DNA of 47,276 bases from a virus. Its lineage: Duplodnaviria; Caudoviricetes. The position numbers and the translations under genes are program-made. How positions within the stretch are numbered: position 1 is the stretch's first letter; each line of letters begins with the position of its first letter. Positions 10,087 to 20,133 of the stretch are shown in pieces. The stretch is taken from IMG/VR virus record IMGVR_UViG_3300046779_000790, positions 1 through 47,276 of that record. One strand, given 5' to 3'. Under the pieces are notes generated by a model. The model worked only from the letters and a program-made list of their open reading frames with translations, had not been told where the DNA came from and did not search any database.

Positions 10087-11801
10087 TATTATTTCAAAAG
10101 GTTAGATGGAAGAATTTCCTTTCTACTGGTGCGTCATTTACAGAAATTAATTTCACTAAATCCACCAATACATTGATTGTGGGACAGAATGGTGCAGGCA
10201 AGTCTACCATTCTTGATGCACTTTGTTTTGGTCTATTTGGTAAGCCATTTCGTAAGATTAATAAACCTCAACTATTGAATTCTATCAATGGTCGTGATGC
10301 CGTTGTTGAAGTTGAATTTAATATTGGCCAAAAACGTTACAAAGTAATTCGTGGTATCAAACCTAATGTGTTTGAAATATACCTGAATGATGTACTGCTG
10401 AACCAAGATGCAGCTGCAAAAGACTATCAAGAGATACTAGAGAAGAACATTCTCAAACTAAATTACAAGTCCTTTACGCAGGTTGTCATTCTTGGTTCAG
10501 CATCATTTGTTCCATTCATGCAGTTATCGGCTGCTGACCGTAGGGCAATCATTGAAGACCTACTGGACATTCAAATCTTTTCCACAATGAACGTAGTACT
10601 AAAAGATAAAATGTCTACTCTCAAAGACAATCTAACTAAAGGTCGATACGAAATTCAATTGATTGAAGAAAAGATTGCAATGCAATTGGCAAACATTGAA
10701 GAACACAAGAAACATAACGATGACGAGATTGCCAAAAAACAAATTGAAGTTGAAACATCGAAAAAACAATTGAAACAACTATTAAAAGATGTTGAATTGA
10801 TTAATAAACATATTGATGTATTAACTTCCAAAGTTGGTGATAAGAAAGAAAAATTGGAAAAGAAATCCAAATCTCTATTCACTTTGCAAGGTAAGATTGA
10901 AAGTAATATCAAAAAGAATGAGAAAGATATTGAGTTCTATGAACACAATGATAACTGTCCTACTTGTAAACAATCTATTGAATTAACTTTTAAAGAACAA
11001 CAGGTTGAAGAACGTAGACTTAAGGTACAAACACAACAAACAGGTCTTAATGATATTAGTACAGAATTGAAAAATGTTACCGATGAAATGACCAAAGTGT
11101 CCGGTATCATCAAACATATAAATGAACATAGTAATGAGATTACTAAACACAATGCCACAATGGCAGCCATATCAAAATACATTGTCAAATTGCAAAAAGA
11201 AATTACGGAACTATCCGTTAAGTATGATGACGTTGAAAAAGAGAACCAAAAATTAAAAAACTTACGTACCGATTTGTTGATGCACACTGAAGCACAACAA
11301 GAAGGTTCAGTAGAAAAACAATACTATGAATTTGCAGGTACTTTGTTGAAAGATGGTGGCATTAAGACCAGAATAATCAAACAGTATTTGCCGATTATGA
11401 ACAAGTTGATTAACAAGTACCTGACTGCAATGGACTTCTTTGTTAACTTTAACATCAACGAAAACTTTGAAGAAACAATTAAGAGTAGGCACCGTGATGA
11501 ATTCTCTTATGCCAATTTCTCAGAAGGTGAGAAGATGCGTATTGATTTGGCTTTGTTGTTTACATGGAGACAGATTGCCAAGTTGAAGAATTCTACCAAT
11601 ACAAACCTATTGATATTGGATGAGGTGTTTGATTCAAGTTTAGATACTGTTGGCACAGAAGAATTTCTAAAATTGATTAATGAAATGGGTACAGATACAA
11701 ATGTGTTTGTAATTTCCCACAAAGGCGACCAACTGTTCGATAAGTTCCGTTCGGTCATTAAATTTGAGAAAAAGAATAACTTTTCAAGGATAGCAAAATG
11801 A
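10083..11801 (+). CDS. gp46: Recombination endonuclease ATPase subunit (Rad50/SbcC-like)
   Basis: GQNGAGKST, CPTC zinc hook, FSEGEKMRID, LILDEVFD. Confidence 0.97.
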   Translation: MILFQKVRWKNFLSTGASFTEINFTKSTNTLIVGQNGAGKSTILDALCFGLFGKPFRKINKPQLLNSINGRDAVVEVEFNIGQKRYKVIRGIKPNVFEIYLNDVLLNQDAAAKDYQEILEKNILKLNYKSFTQVVILGSASFVPFMQLSAADRRAIIEDLLDIQIFSTMNVVLKDKMSTLKDNLTKGRYEIQLIEEKIAMQLANIEEHKKHNDDEIAKKQIEVETSKKQLKQLLKDVELINKHIDVLTSKVGDKKEKLEKKSKSLFTLQGKIESNIKKNEKDIEFYEHNDNCPTCKQSIELTFKEQQVEERRLKVQTQQTGLNDISTELKNVTDEMTKVSGIIKHINEHSNEITKHNATMAAISKYIVKLQKEITELSVKYDDVEKENQKLKNLRTDLLMHTEAQQEGSVEKQYYEFAGTLLKDGGIKTRIIKQYLPIMNKLINKYLTAMDFFVNFNINENFEETIKSRHRDEFSYANFSEGEKMRIDLALLFTWRQIAKLKNSTNTNLLILDEVFDSSLDTVGTEEFLKLINEMGTDTNVFVISHKGDQLFDKFRSVIKFEKKNNFSRIAK

Positions 11802-12394
11802 GTGAAGTGATTACAATTAATACCGAAGATGCATCGAAAGTTGCATCACCAACAATAAAAACATTTGATTTGGTTTCTGCTGATTGGCCTGTTTTATATA
11901 AAGAACTACCTGAATTTGATTTCAGTAAACCACCAGTAAATCCAAATGAATTCGCATCTGCATTAGTAGAAACTTGTAAGAAGCACAATGGCTTTGGTTT
12001 GTCTGCCAATCAATGTGGTTATCCATATCGTGTATTTGTTATGGGCACTGGTGATGAATATGTGGCATTCTTCAATCCAAAGTTAATTAAGACTGAGGGT
12101 GAAGTACACATGGAAGAAGGATGTTTATCCTGGCCATTGTTAACGCTACGCATTACCAGACCTAAAAAGATTTGGGTAGAATACCAAGATTTCACAGGTG
12201 AGAAAAAAGAGGCAATCTTTGAAGGTATATCTGCACGTTGTTTCCTCCATGAATTGGATCACATGAATGGTATAATGTATACCAGTAGGGTTAAACCACT
12301 TGCGTTGCAGTTTGGTCTTAAGAAACTGGAAAAGATTAGACGCAAGTATTTCAATCCTAAAATTTTGAAACAGATGCAAGCGAAAAATATTTAA
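11798..12394 (+). CDS. def: Peptide deformylase
   Basis: GLSANQCG, EGCLS, HELDH motifs. Confidence 0.93.
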   Translation: MSEVITINTEDASKVASPTIKTFDLVSADWPVLYKELPEFDFSKPPVNPNEFASALVETCKKHNGFGLSANQCGYPYRVFVMGTGDEYVAFFNPKLIKTEGEVHMEEGCLSWPLLTLRITRPKKIWVEYQDFTGEKKEAIFEGISARCFLHELDHMNGIMYTSRVKPLALQFGLKKLEKIRRKYFNPKILKQMQAKNI

Positions 12395-13659
12395 TGGCAA
12401 CACCTACTGATTATGTCGATAAACAATGGAATGAATGGCAACAGGCCAATCCAGTTGAATCGTTTGAACACATTGATACTGACGTATTGAAAGAAACTTT
12501 AATACAGGATTTATCCTATGCATCCCAAATGGATGTGCGTGAGTATACTTTATATCAGAAATGGTGTGAAGTGCATGAGAGATATCCTGTACATGAAGTT
12601 TCTACAGTTTTTGGTGCAGAAATGCAAATGGTTAATCCAGAACAAAAGATTTTGATTGACCAAGTAAAATCTAATTTTTGGATGCCAGAATCACCAGACG
12701 ATTATGAAAAACTGAAACCAGTTATGCAAATTCATAATGGTGATTTGGCTGAAACTTGGAATGCAATTCGTACATTCTCATCTACAATGAAGAACAACAG
12801 TAACATTGGTCGTAACTTATTCTACACTGTTGTTGATGAACATTCAGGAAAGTATCTTGGTGTCATTTGTATTTCATCTGACTTCTTAGACCTTACACCA
12901 AGAGATAATGCGATTGGTTGGCCACGTGATGTTAAGACACAACAAGGCATGATTAACCACACAGCAATCGGTTCTACAATTGTTCCACTACAACCACTTG
13001 GTTTCAATTACATGGGTGGTAAATTATTGGCACTATTGTGTCTTGCTGACACAGTTCAAAAAGATTGGAAAGAACGATATGGTGATGTTCTTGTTGGTGT
13101 TACAACTACTTCCCTTTATGGCAATACTAAGTCCAATGGTCTATCTCAGTATGATGGTCTTGAACATTGGAACAAAATGGGTTTCTCTAGTGGTTCGGTT
13201 GCTTTTGAACCTTCTAAGAAAACAATGAAGATGGTATTCAATTGGATTAAAGAAAACTATCCACGTAAATATTTTGAATGGTGGGATGCCAAGAATACAC
13301 AAGGTCTTCCACTTAAGCGTGACCACAAGAATCGTTCTTTAAATTTTGCCTATTCTAAACTTGGCATTCCTAAGAACTTGATTCGTACAGAGCACCAGAG
13401 AGGCATCTATTTCTCACCTCTGTATAACAACACCAATGAATATCTCCGCAAGGAGATTGGTGATGAACAACTGGTAAAATCGTTTGATACCAGTGAAGAA
13501 ACCTTGGCACAAATTTGGAAAACCAAATATGCCAAAGGTCGTATATCAATGTTGAAGAAAAAGAATAATGTATCTTATGAATCGTTATTCTATGATGACT
13601 TGATATACCTGTCTTGGGAAGATACCAAGGCAAAGTATTTGCCACAAGTTGGCAGATAA
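12394..13659 (+). CDS. DUF4338 / DruA-like protein
   Basis: IVPLQPLGFNYMGGKLLALLC and TTSLYG...SQYDG motifs shared with 39401-40507. Confidence 0.65.
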   Translation: MATPTDYVDKQWNEWQQANPVESFEHIDTDVLKETLIQDLSYASQMDVREYTLYQKWCEVHERYPVHEVSTVFGAEMQMVNPEQKILIDQVKSNFWMPESPDDYEKLKPVMQIHNGDLAETWNAIRTFSSTMKNNSNIGRNLFYTVVDEHSGKYLGVICISSDFLDLTPRDNAIGWPRDVKTQQGMINHTAIGSTIVPLQPLGFNYMGGKLLALLCLADTVQKDWKERYGDVLVGVTTTSLYGNTKSNGLSQYDGLEHWNKMGFSSGSVAFEPSKKTMKMVFNWIKENYPRKYFEWWDAKNTQGLPLKRDHKNRSLNFAYSKLGIPKNLIRTEHQRGIYFSPLYNNTNEYLRKEIGDEQLVKSFDTSEETLAQIWKTKYAKGRISMLKKKNNVSYESLFYDDLIYLSWEDTKAKYLPQVGR

Positions 13660-13680
13660 AAAAGTATACCGCCAGGATAC

Positions 13681-13709
13681 TTGACACACACACTAAATAG
13701 TGTTATACT
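13681..13709 (+). promoter_or_regulatory. Sigma70-type promoter
   Basis: TTGACA-17nt-TATACT. Confidence 0.8.
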
Positions 13710-13770
13710 GTGAATACTTGCAAAACGCAAGACTTTGTTTTTAACTTTGTCATTATTAGGAGATTATATT

Positions 13771-14043
13771 ATGACTACTAAAATTTCTGCAAAAGAAAAG
13801 ATTCTCAACTATTTGAGCAAGACTGAGGGTTACAATACCCTTTCCACAGCACAAGCACGTGCTCGTTTCGGAATCCAAAATGTTTCCGCACGTATTGATG
13901 AGTTGCGCCAAGAAGGCCATGTCATCTACACCAACACCAAAACACGTGGTGATGGTTCTAAAGTATCCGTATATCGTATGGGTAAACCAACCAAGGCAAT
14001 GGTTCGTGCCGCATTGAGCACAGGCTTTAACTACACAGCTTAA
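13771..14043 (+). CDS. Small winged helix-turn-helix DNA-binding protein
   Basis: AGGAG RBS; LSTAQARARFGIQNVSARIDELRQEGHVI pattern; own promoter and terminator. Confidence 0.7.
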   Translation: MTTKISAKEKILNYLSKTEGYNTLSTAQARARFGIQNVSARIDELRQEGHVIYTNTKTRGDGSKVSVYRMGKPTKAMVRAALSTGFNYTA

Positions 14044-14054
14044 GTTTGCCAACT

Positions 14055-14089
14055 GGGGAGACCGCAGGAATGCGGTACTCCCCTTTTTT
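14055..14089 (+). terminator. Rho-independent terminator
   Basis: GGGGAG-ACCGC...GCGGT-ACTCCCC followed by T run. Confidence 0.85.
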
Positions 14090-14106
14090 ATATTCCTGGA
14101 GAGCAA

Positions 14107-14925
14107 ATGGAAATTTCAATTAAAAAAGAAGAATTACAAAAGAAAAGTATCTTTGTTGCAACACCAATGTATGGTGGTATGAATCATGGTTTGTATGCTA
14201 AGGCTTGTTTGGATTTACAGGCTTTGTGTATGCAATACGGTGTGTCAGTTAAATTTTCATTTCTTTTCAATGAATCTTTGATTACACGTGCAAGAAATTA
14301 TCTCGTAGATGAGTTCTTAAATCGTTCAGACTGCACACACTTGTTGTTCTTAGATGCTGACATTCACTTTGATCCAAAAGACGTTATTGCTCTTTTGGCA
14401 TTAGATAAAGATGTTATTGGTGGTCCTTATCCTAAGAAAGCCATCAAATGGAAATCTGTTAAACGTGCTATTGAAAAGAATCCAAATATTGACCCGCAGG
14501 TGTTGGAAAAAGTTACTGGTGATTATGTTTTCAATCCAGTAAAAGGCACTGCACAATTCAATATTTCTGACCCATTGGAAGTTTTGGAAATTGGAACTGG
14601 TTTCATGTTGGTTAAACGTGAAGTGTTTCCTAAATTTGCAGAAGCATTCCCACACCTACGTTACAAACCAGACCATGTTGGCCAAGCACACTTTGACGGT
14701 TCACGTTACATTCATGCGTTCTTTGATACGTTGATTGATACTATTGATTCCCCTACAGGTGGTGGTACAGACCGTTACTTGTCGGAAGATTATATGTTCT
14801 GTCAATTGTGGCGCAAGATTGGTGGTTCAATTTGGTTGTGTCCTTGGATGCGTACAGACCACATCGGCACCTATCACTTCAAAGGTGATATGCCAGCAGT
14901 TGCAAACTTCGTTGGTGAAATGTAA
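14107..14925 (+). CDS. Glycosyltransferase-A fold protein
   Basis: ATPMYGG, ESLITRARN, FLDAD (DxD), GTGFML, SEDYMFC. Confidence 0.75.
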   Translation: MEISIKKEELQKKSIFVATPMYGGMNHGLYAKACLDLQALCMQYGVSVKFSFLFNESLITRARNYLVDEFLNRSDCTHLLFLDADIHFDPKDVIALLALDKDVIGGPYPKKAIKWKSVKRAIEKNPNIDPQVLEKVTGDYVFNPVKGTAQFNISDPLEVLEIGTGFMLVKREVFPKFAEAFPHLRYKPDHVGQAHFDGSRYIHAFFDTLIDTIDSPTGGGTDRYLSEDYMFCQLWRKIGGSIWLCPWMRTDHIGTYHFKGDMPAVANFVGEM

Positions 14926-15587
14926 TGATTGTTGGTTTACTTGGATTTATTGGTTCAGGTAAAGGCACAGCTGGTGACCTTTTAAAAGACATGGGTTTTA
15001 CACCTGTGTCTTTTGCCAAAGGTGTTAAAGATGTTGCCGCTGAAATGTTTGGTTGGCCTCGTCACTTATTGGAAGGTGACACACAACAGTCCCGTGAATG
15101 GCGTGAACAACCAGACGCATTTTGGTCTAAAGAATTTGGTCGTGAGTTTACTCCACGACTAGCACTACAATTAATGGGTACAGAAGTTGGTCGTGATGTA
15201 TTTCACCAAGACTTTTGGGTAATCAAACTAAAAAACTATATTCAATCCAATCCAAATCAAAACTTTGTCATCACTGATGTACGTTTTCAAAATGAAATTG
15301 AATTCGTACACAATCAATCTGGTGTTTTAATTGAAGTACAACGTGGTATAACACCACATTGGTATGAAGTTGCCGTCAAGGCCAACAGAGGTGATTATAA
15401 AGCGGAAGAATTCATGTTACACAAATCAGGTATACATGAATCAGAATGGCGTTGGATTGGTGGTTATATTGACCATCGTATTAGTAATTCTGGAACATTA
15501 GAAGATTTAAAAAATAATTTATTGAAATGCTTGACACAATCATATGGTTCAGGTATAATGAGTGAATTGAAACAAGGAGTATCGTAA
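14925..15587 (+). CDS. Deoxynucleoside monophosphate kinase (gp1-like)
   Basis: GFIGSGKGT P-loop, PRLALQLMGTEVGR, ITDVRFQNE. Confidence 0.9.
   Translation: MIVGLLGFIGSGKGTAGDLLKDMGFTPVSFAKGVKDVAAEMFGWPRHLLEGDTQQSREWREQPDAFWSKEFGREFTPRLALQLMGTEVGRDVFHQDFWVIKLKNYIQSNPNQNFVITDVRFQNEIEFVHNQSGVLIEVQRGITPHWYEVAVKANRGDYKAEEFMLHKSGIHESEWRWIGGYIDHRISNSGTLEDLKNNLLKCLTQSYGSGIMSELKQGVS
15531..15559 (+). promoter_or_regulatory. Sigma70-type promoter for gp45 operon
   Basis: TTGACA-17nt-TATAAT (perfect consensus). Confidence 0.8.
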
Positions 15588-16258
15588 TGAAATTATCAAG
15601 TGAAACACTGGCAGTTCTTAAGAACTTTGTCGGTATCAATGCTAGTATTGAATTCAAAACTGGAAATAAACTAGCAACTATTTCCCCAACTAAAACTGTT
15701 TTGGCAAAGGCCACAGTCAAGGATCAATTTCCCCAAGATTTTTGTATCCATGATTTGAACCAGTTTTTGTCTGTACATTCTATGGATAAAGATTGTGAAT
15801 TAGACTTTGATTCTAAACATGTTATCTTTAAGAGTGGTAAACGCAAAACAAACTATCGTACAACATCACGCAATGTGATTGTTACAGTACCAGATAAAGA
15901 ATTGTCTTTGCCTTCCGTTGATGCATCATTCACATTGTCAGCTGATGACTTGGCGGCAATCATTAAATCATCAAGTATTCTGCAATCACCAAATGTTGCC
16001 ATCGAATCTGATGGTGATAAAATCTTTGTTACAGCATTTGATGCAAGTGATGATGCTGCACACATTAACTCAACTGAAATTACTGATGGTAATGGCACAA
16101 AATTCAAAGCAGTTTTCTTGACTGAGAATTTGAAGATGATGCCTGATTCATATGAAGTTGAAATCTCATCAAAAGGTTTGGCGTCCTTCAAAAACACCAA
16201 AGGCGACATTCAATATTGGATTGCAATTGAAGCCAAACATTCTAAATTTGGAGATTAA
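15587..16258 (+). CDS. gp45: Sliding clamp
   Basis: MKLSSETLAVLKNF..IN, C-terminal YWIAIE. Confidence 0.95.
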   Translation: MKLSSETLAVLKNFVGINASIEFKTGNKLATISPTKTVLAKATVKDQFPQDFCIHDLNQFLSVHSMDKDCELDFDSKHVIFKSGKRKTNYRTTSRNVIVTVPDKELSLPSVDASFTLSADDLAAIIKSSSILQSPNVAIESDGDKIFVTAFDASDDAAHINSTEITDGNGTKFKAVFLTENLKMMPDSYEVEISSKGLASFKNTKGDIQYWIAIEAKHSKFGD

Positions 16259-16259
16259 T

Positions 16260-16448
16260 ATGATTTGGTTAACAGACGCAATAAACAAACACAAAGTTGC
16301 AATTAATCCACATTATATTGTGGCAGTATTTCGTATTCCAGAGGGCAGTGAAGCTGCTGACCATGTTGGTAAAACAGGAATAACTTTGACTAATGGTTCA
16401 ATCATCGTTGAAGAATCTGAACTTGAAGTTGTAGGAATGATGGCATGA
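16260..16448 (+). CDS. Small hypothetical protein; start revised to 16260
   Basis: GGAG RBS; MIWLTDAINKHKVAINPHYIVAV. Confidence 0.6.
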   Translation: MIWLTDAINKHKVAINPHYIVAVFRIPEGSEAADHVGKTGITLTNGSIIVEESELEVVGMMA

Positions 16449-16720
16449 CTAAAGTAACTACACTATTCGGTTCTTTTGATGAAGACCAATTGAAGAAACT
16501 CAAAGGTTATGTTGATGAAATGGTTCTTCACATGAACCGCAATCAAGCAAATACAGATGCAATGAAAGATATTGTTGATGCAGCCAATGATGAGTTGAAA
16601 GTTCCTAAAAAGATTATCAAACGCATGGCAAAAACACAATTTAAAAATTCATTTCAAACTGAGGTTGCAGAGTCAAAAGAGTTTGAAGCTCTATTTGAAA
16701 GTATGAATGAGGTGAAATGA
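16445..16720 (+). CDS. Putative dsDNA-binding protein (T4 DsbA-like)
   Basis: KDIVDAANDELKVPKKIIKRMAK...FEALFE pattern. Confidence 0.6.
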   Translation: MTKVTTLFGSFDEDQLKKLKGYVDEMVLHMNRNQANTDAMKDIVDAANDELKVPKKIIKRMAKTQFKNSFQTEVAESKEFEALFESMNEVK

Positions 16721-16917
16721 TGGGTGAAATCAGAACATGGACAGACAAAGATGAATACCTTGCTGTATTGAGGAAAGAAATTCAGGTTTTGAAAACTCGT
16801 TATAATCCATCATCAGAAGGCACAGGTCATTTTAATACAGCAATTTCTGTATTAGAAAATCGTGTTAAAGAAATTGAACAAGAATTGACTTGGCCATTTC
16901 CAAATGCAACAAATTGA
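16717..16917 (+). CDS. Hypothetical protein
   Basis: GAGG RBS; overlapping start and stop with neighbours. Confidence 0.6.
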   Translation: MMGEIRTWTDKDEYLAVLRKEIQVLKTRYNPSSEGTGHFNTAISVLENRVKEIEQELTWPFPNATN

Positions 16918-17236
16918 AATACCATTTTTCTATCCACTAACGGAACAAACTTCGTTAGACTTAGATTTCACTCAAACTGAACAATGGATTGCTGAGTGGC
17001 GTAACAAACAATGGAGTCCTGTTACCAGTGGCAGTTACTTAATTAGTAATGGTGGTGTTGTTGGAACATCATGGTCACAACCAACAACCGAGTTTGTTAT
17101 AAGACCTAGTGAAAAGAATGTTGGCAAGTGGGAAATCACGAACAATATGTTTGTGTATAGACCTACAAAACCAAATGCAGTCGTAAGATTTTTTGCCAAG
17201 TTGTTACTTGGTTTTAAATGGCATGACGAAATTTAA
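16904..17236 (+). CDS. Hypothetical protein
   Basis: 110 aa ORF in co-directional operon. Confidence 0.6.
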   Translation: MQQIEIPFFYPLTEQTSLDLDFTQTEQWIAEWRNKQWSPVTSGSYLISNGGVVGTSWSQPTTEFVIRPSEKNVGKWEITNNMFVYRPTKPNAVVRFFAKLLLGFKWHDEI

Positions 17237-17256
17237 TTATATTATGGAGTATTTGA

Positions 17257-18192
17257 ATGAACGAACACATGTTGTGGGTGGAGAAGTATCGCCCTAAGAA
17301 AGTTGAAGATTGTATTCTTCCTGAAGCAATTAAAACTACATTTCAGGAATATGTAAACCGCAAAGAGATTCCTAATCTTCTTTTGTCTGGTACCGCAGGT
17401 GTTGGTAAAACTACAATTGCAAAAGCCTTGTGTGAAGAAGTTGGTTGCGATTACATTGTCATCAACGGTTCAGATGAATCTGGCATTGACACATTCCGAA
17501 ACAAAATCAAAAACTATGCCTCATCTGTTTCCTTGTCTGGTGGACGCAAGGTCATCATCATTGATGAAGCAGATTATCTAAATGCAAATTCAACTCAACC
17601 TGCGTTGCGTGGTGCCATTGAGGAGTTTGCGGAGAACTGTTCATTCATCTTCACCTGTAACTTCAAGAACAGGATCATCGACCCAATTCACTCTCGTTGT
17701 ACCGTTGTTGACTTTAAAATCAATGGCAGTAAACCTAAGATGGCTGCACAATTCTTTAAGCGTGTTGAGTGGATCCTAGAACAAGAAGGTGTTACATACG
17801 ACAAACAGGTTGTTGCTGCCGTTATCACCAAACATTTCCCTGACAATCGCCGTGTTCTTAATGAGCTTCAGCGTTATAGCGTTAGCGGCACAATTGATAA
17901 AGGTATTCTTGCATCAGTTTCCGATTTGCAATTGACAGAACTTATTAAAGGTCTAAAAGATAAAGACTTCGGAACTTGTCGTAAGTGGGTTACATCAAAC
18001 TTAGACAACGATGCAACAACCATTTTTAGAAAGTTATATGATACATTATATGAATCATTGACACCAAATTCTGTACCACAGATGGTTCTTATCATTGCAA
18101 AGTATCAGTATCAATCTGCTTTTGTTGCAGACCATGAGATTAATTTGATTGCATGTTTGACAGAAATCATGGTTGAGTGTGAGTTCAAATAA
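17257..18192 (+). CDS. gp44: Clamp loader large (AAA+) subunit
   Basis: WVEKYRP, GTAGVGKTT, IIDEAD, SRC. Confidence 0.97.
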   Translation: MNEHMLWVEKYRPKKVEDCILPEAIKTTFQEYVNRKEIPNLLLSGTAGVGKTTIAKALCEEVGCDYIVINGSDESGIDTFRNKIKNYASSVSLSGGRKVIIIDEADYLNANSTQPALRGAIEEFAENCSFIFTCNFKNRIIDPIHSRCTVVDFKINGSKPKMAAQFFKRVEWILEQEGVTYDKQVVAAVITKHFPDNRRVLNELQRYSVSGTIDKGILASVSDLQLTELIKGLKDKDFGTCRKWVTSNLDNDATTIFRKLYDTLYESLTPNSVPQMVLIIAKYQYQSAFVADHEINLIACLTEIMVECEFK

Positions 18193-18740
18193 TGAATATT
18201 GATTTTTCTGTTTATAGTTTTAAACCCACCTATAAAATAACAAAAGGTTCTGATGCAGGTGAATTTTTAGAATCTGAATTTAGAAAACATTTCAATTACA
18301 CACAAAAAAGCAAAAGGCAAAAATATGCCGATGTTTGGATTAATTCTAAATTTGGATATAACTTAAAAACAAGTTGTGCCATAAAAACAACAGGTCGTTT
18401 GTGTACTGCCCAAGTCGCAGAATTTTTAAGTGATATTGACTGTGAATTAAAAATGATACATTTGGAATACAAAAATGATTCTGGTGTAATTACACTAACT
18501 CGTTTGTCAGAATACTTTTTTGAAGAAATTGAATATAATATTTCAAACCAAGGAAAAGGATTCTTACAACCAAAGGTTAATCCTGACAATAGTTTTAAAA
18601 CCAGACCAAGACCTTCTAGAGAAGAATGGTTAGATGAGTTTAAATTGAAGTATGATGTTTATTGTAATGAACAAAAGATTAGATTGGACTCACAGAATAA
18701 AAAATTTCAAAATTTAAAGGTGAATCATGTCTCCGTTTGA
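18192..18740 (+). CDS. Putative PD-(D/E)xK-like endonuclease inserted between gp44 and gp62
   Basis: GEFLE...ADVWIN...YNLKT spacing resembles restriction-type nuclease cores; very AT-rich. Confidence 0.45.
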   Translation: MNIDFSVYSFKPTYKITKGSDAGEFLESEFRKHFNYTQKSKRQKYADVWINSKFGYNLKTSCAIKTTGRLCTAQVAEFLSDIDCELKMIHLEYKNDSGVITLTRLSEYFFEEIEYNISNQGKGFLQPKVNPDNSFKTRPRPSREEWLDEFKLKYDVYCNEQKIRLDSQNKKFQNLKVNHVSV

Positions 18741-19116
18741 TTATGTTGATTTCATTCTCCGTAAAAAAACACCAGACGGAGAAATAGATTATAAAGACTA
18801 CGCACCATTTATTGTGAATCGTTCTTTGTCCTATCACCTGGACTGTATTTTATATGCAAATGATATGAATTTACATCCAGGTGTTGACAAAGATATGCAA
18901 TACCAGTATTTTCTAAATAGTATTAGACCTATGAAACGGAAATTCCAACCGTGGCAGAAGTCTAAAACTGACGAGAATATTGAGTGTGTGAAAGCCTATT
19001 TTGGTTATTCTAACGCCAAGGCTAAAGAAGCCCTACGTATTCTTACCGATGAACAAATCGCTGTAATAAAAACAAAAACAGATACTGGCGGAGTGAAGAA
19101 TAATGGTAAACATTAA
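18727..19116 (+). CDS. gp62: Clamp loader small subunit
   Basis: YAPFIVNRSLS, ANDMN, YFGYSNAKAKEAL. Confidence 0.94.
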   Translation: MSPFDYVDFILRKKTPDGEIDYKDYAPFIVNRSLSYHLDCILYANDMNLHPGVDKDMQYQYFLNSIRPMKRKFQPWQKSKTDENIECVKAYFGYSNAKAKEALRILTDEQIAVIKTKTDTGGVKNNGKH

Positions 19117-19510
19117 CGATTTGGTTGAAGTGACCTTAAATGAAAAAGATGATTTTCTAAAAGTACGTGAAACATTGACCCGCATTGGGGTTGCTTCCAA
19201 AAAAGACAAGATTTTATATCAATCATGCCACATACTCCACAAACGTGGACAATATTATGTGGTACATTTCAAAGAACTATTTGCATTAGATGGTAAACCA
19301 ACTGATATTTCAGAGGGTGACCTAGCACGTAGGAATGCAATTGCAAACCTACTGGAAGACTGGGGATTGGTCAAACTGGTAAATCCTAAACAGACGGAAG
19401 TACCAGAACCTATCTTCTTGTCACAGGTTAAAATCATATCCCACAAAGAAAAAGACGAATGGCAATTAATACCAAAATACAATATTGGTAAAAAACCGAA
19501 CGCTTCTTGA
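19103..19510 (+). CDS. regA: Translational repressor RegA
   Basis: DDFLKVRETLTRIGVAS, LYQSCHILHKRGQYYVVHFKELF. Confidence 0.98.
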   Translation: MVNINDLVEVTLNEKDDFLKVRETLTRIGVASKKDKILYQSCHILHKRGQYYVVHFKELFALDGKPTDISEGDLARRNAIANLLEDWGLVKLVNPKQTEVPEPIFLSQVKIISHKEKDEWQLIPKYNIGKKPNAS

Positions 19511-19535
19511 CATTTGTTATAAATATTGATACAAT
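19507..19535 (+). promoter_or_regulatory. Overlapping sigma70 and T4 late promoters for hsp20
   Basis: TTGACA-17nt-TACAAT with TATAAATA (19518-19525) inside the spacer. Confidence 0.7.
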
Positions 19536-19686
19536 AGTCCCACTCGGGATGGGAAAAGGTGCTCCACCTACCTTAGGAGCGTAATAAAACGGGCAAACGT
19601 TATTGTCGCTGGAGAACGTAACCAGTACCTCAACCGATACGCCTTCGGGGTATCAATTTTTTAATCTCGCTTTTTAGGAGAAACAC

Positions 19687-20133
19687 ATGACAAATCTTAT
19701 GAAAGATTTTTTTGGCGCCGACTTCGGCCGCATCCAACCATTCACAGTAGGCTTCGATGACACATTGGAACTTATGCGTGAAGCAGCAACGATAGCTGCA
19801 AAATCCGTATCGTATCCTCCATATAACATTCGTCAGGTAAAAGAAAACAAGTATGTCATTGAGATGGCAGTTGCTGGTTTTTCTAAGTCTGATATTGAAA
19901 TGACTTTGGAAGGAAATAAACTTGTAATTAAAGCTGCATCTAAAGACGATGATAACGGTGATTATTTGTACAGGGGCATTGCCAACCGTGCATTTGAACG
20001 TACTTTCACTCTTGCAGATAAAGTAGAAATCAAAGATGCAGAAATGGTAAATGGTATGCTTAAAGTTTGGCTAGAGAATATGGTCAAAGCGCAAGATGCC
20101 ATTAAGAAAATTACTATTAAGGAAAAGGAATGA
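19687..20133 (+). CDS. Small heat-shock protein (Hsp20/IbpA family)
   Basis: YPPYNI, EMAVAGF, YLYRGIANRAFERTFTL, NGMLKV. Confidence 0.95.
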   Translation: MTNLMKDFFGADFGRIQPFTVGFDDTLELMREAATIAAKSVSYPPYNIRQVKENKYVIEMAVAGFSKSDIEMTLEGNKLVIKAASKDDDNGDYLYRGIANRAFERTFTLADKVEIKDAEMVNGMLKVWLENMVKAQDAIKKITIKEKE

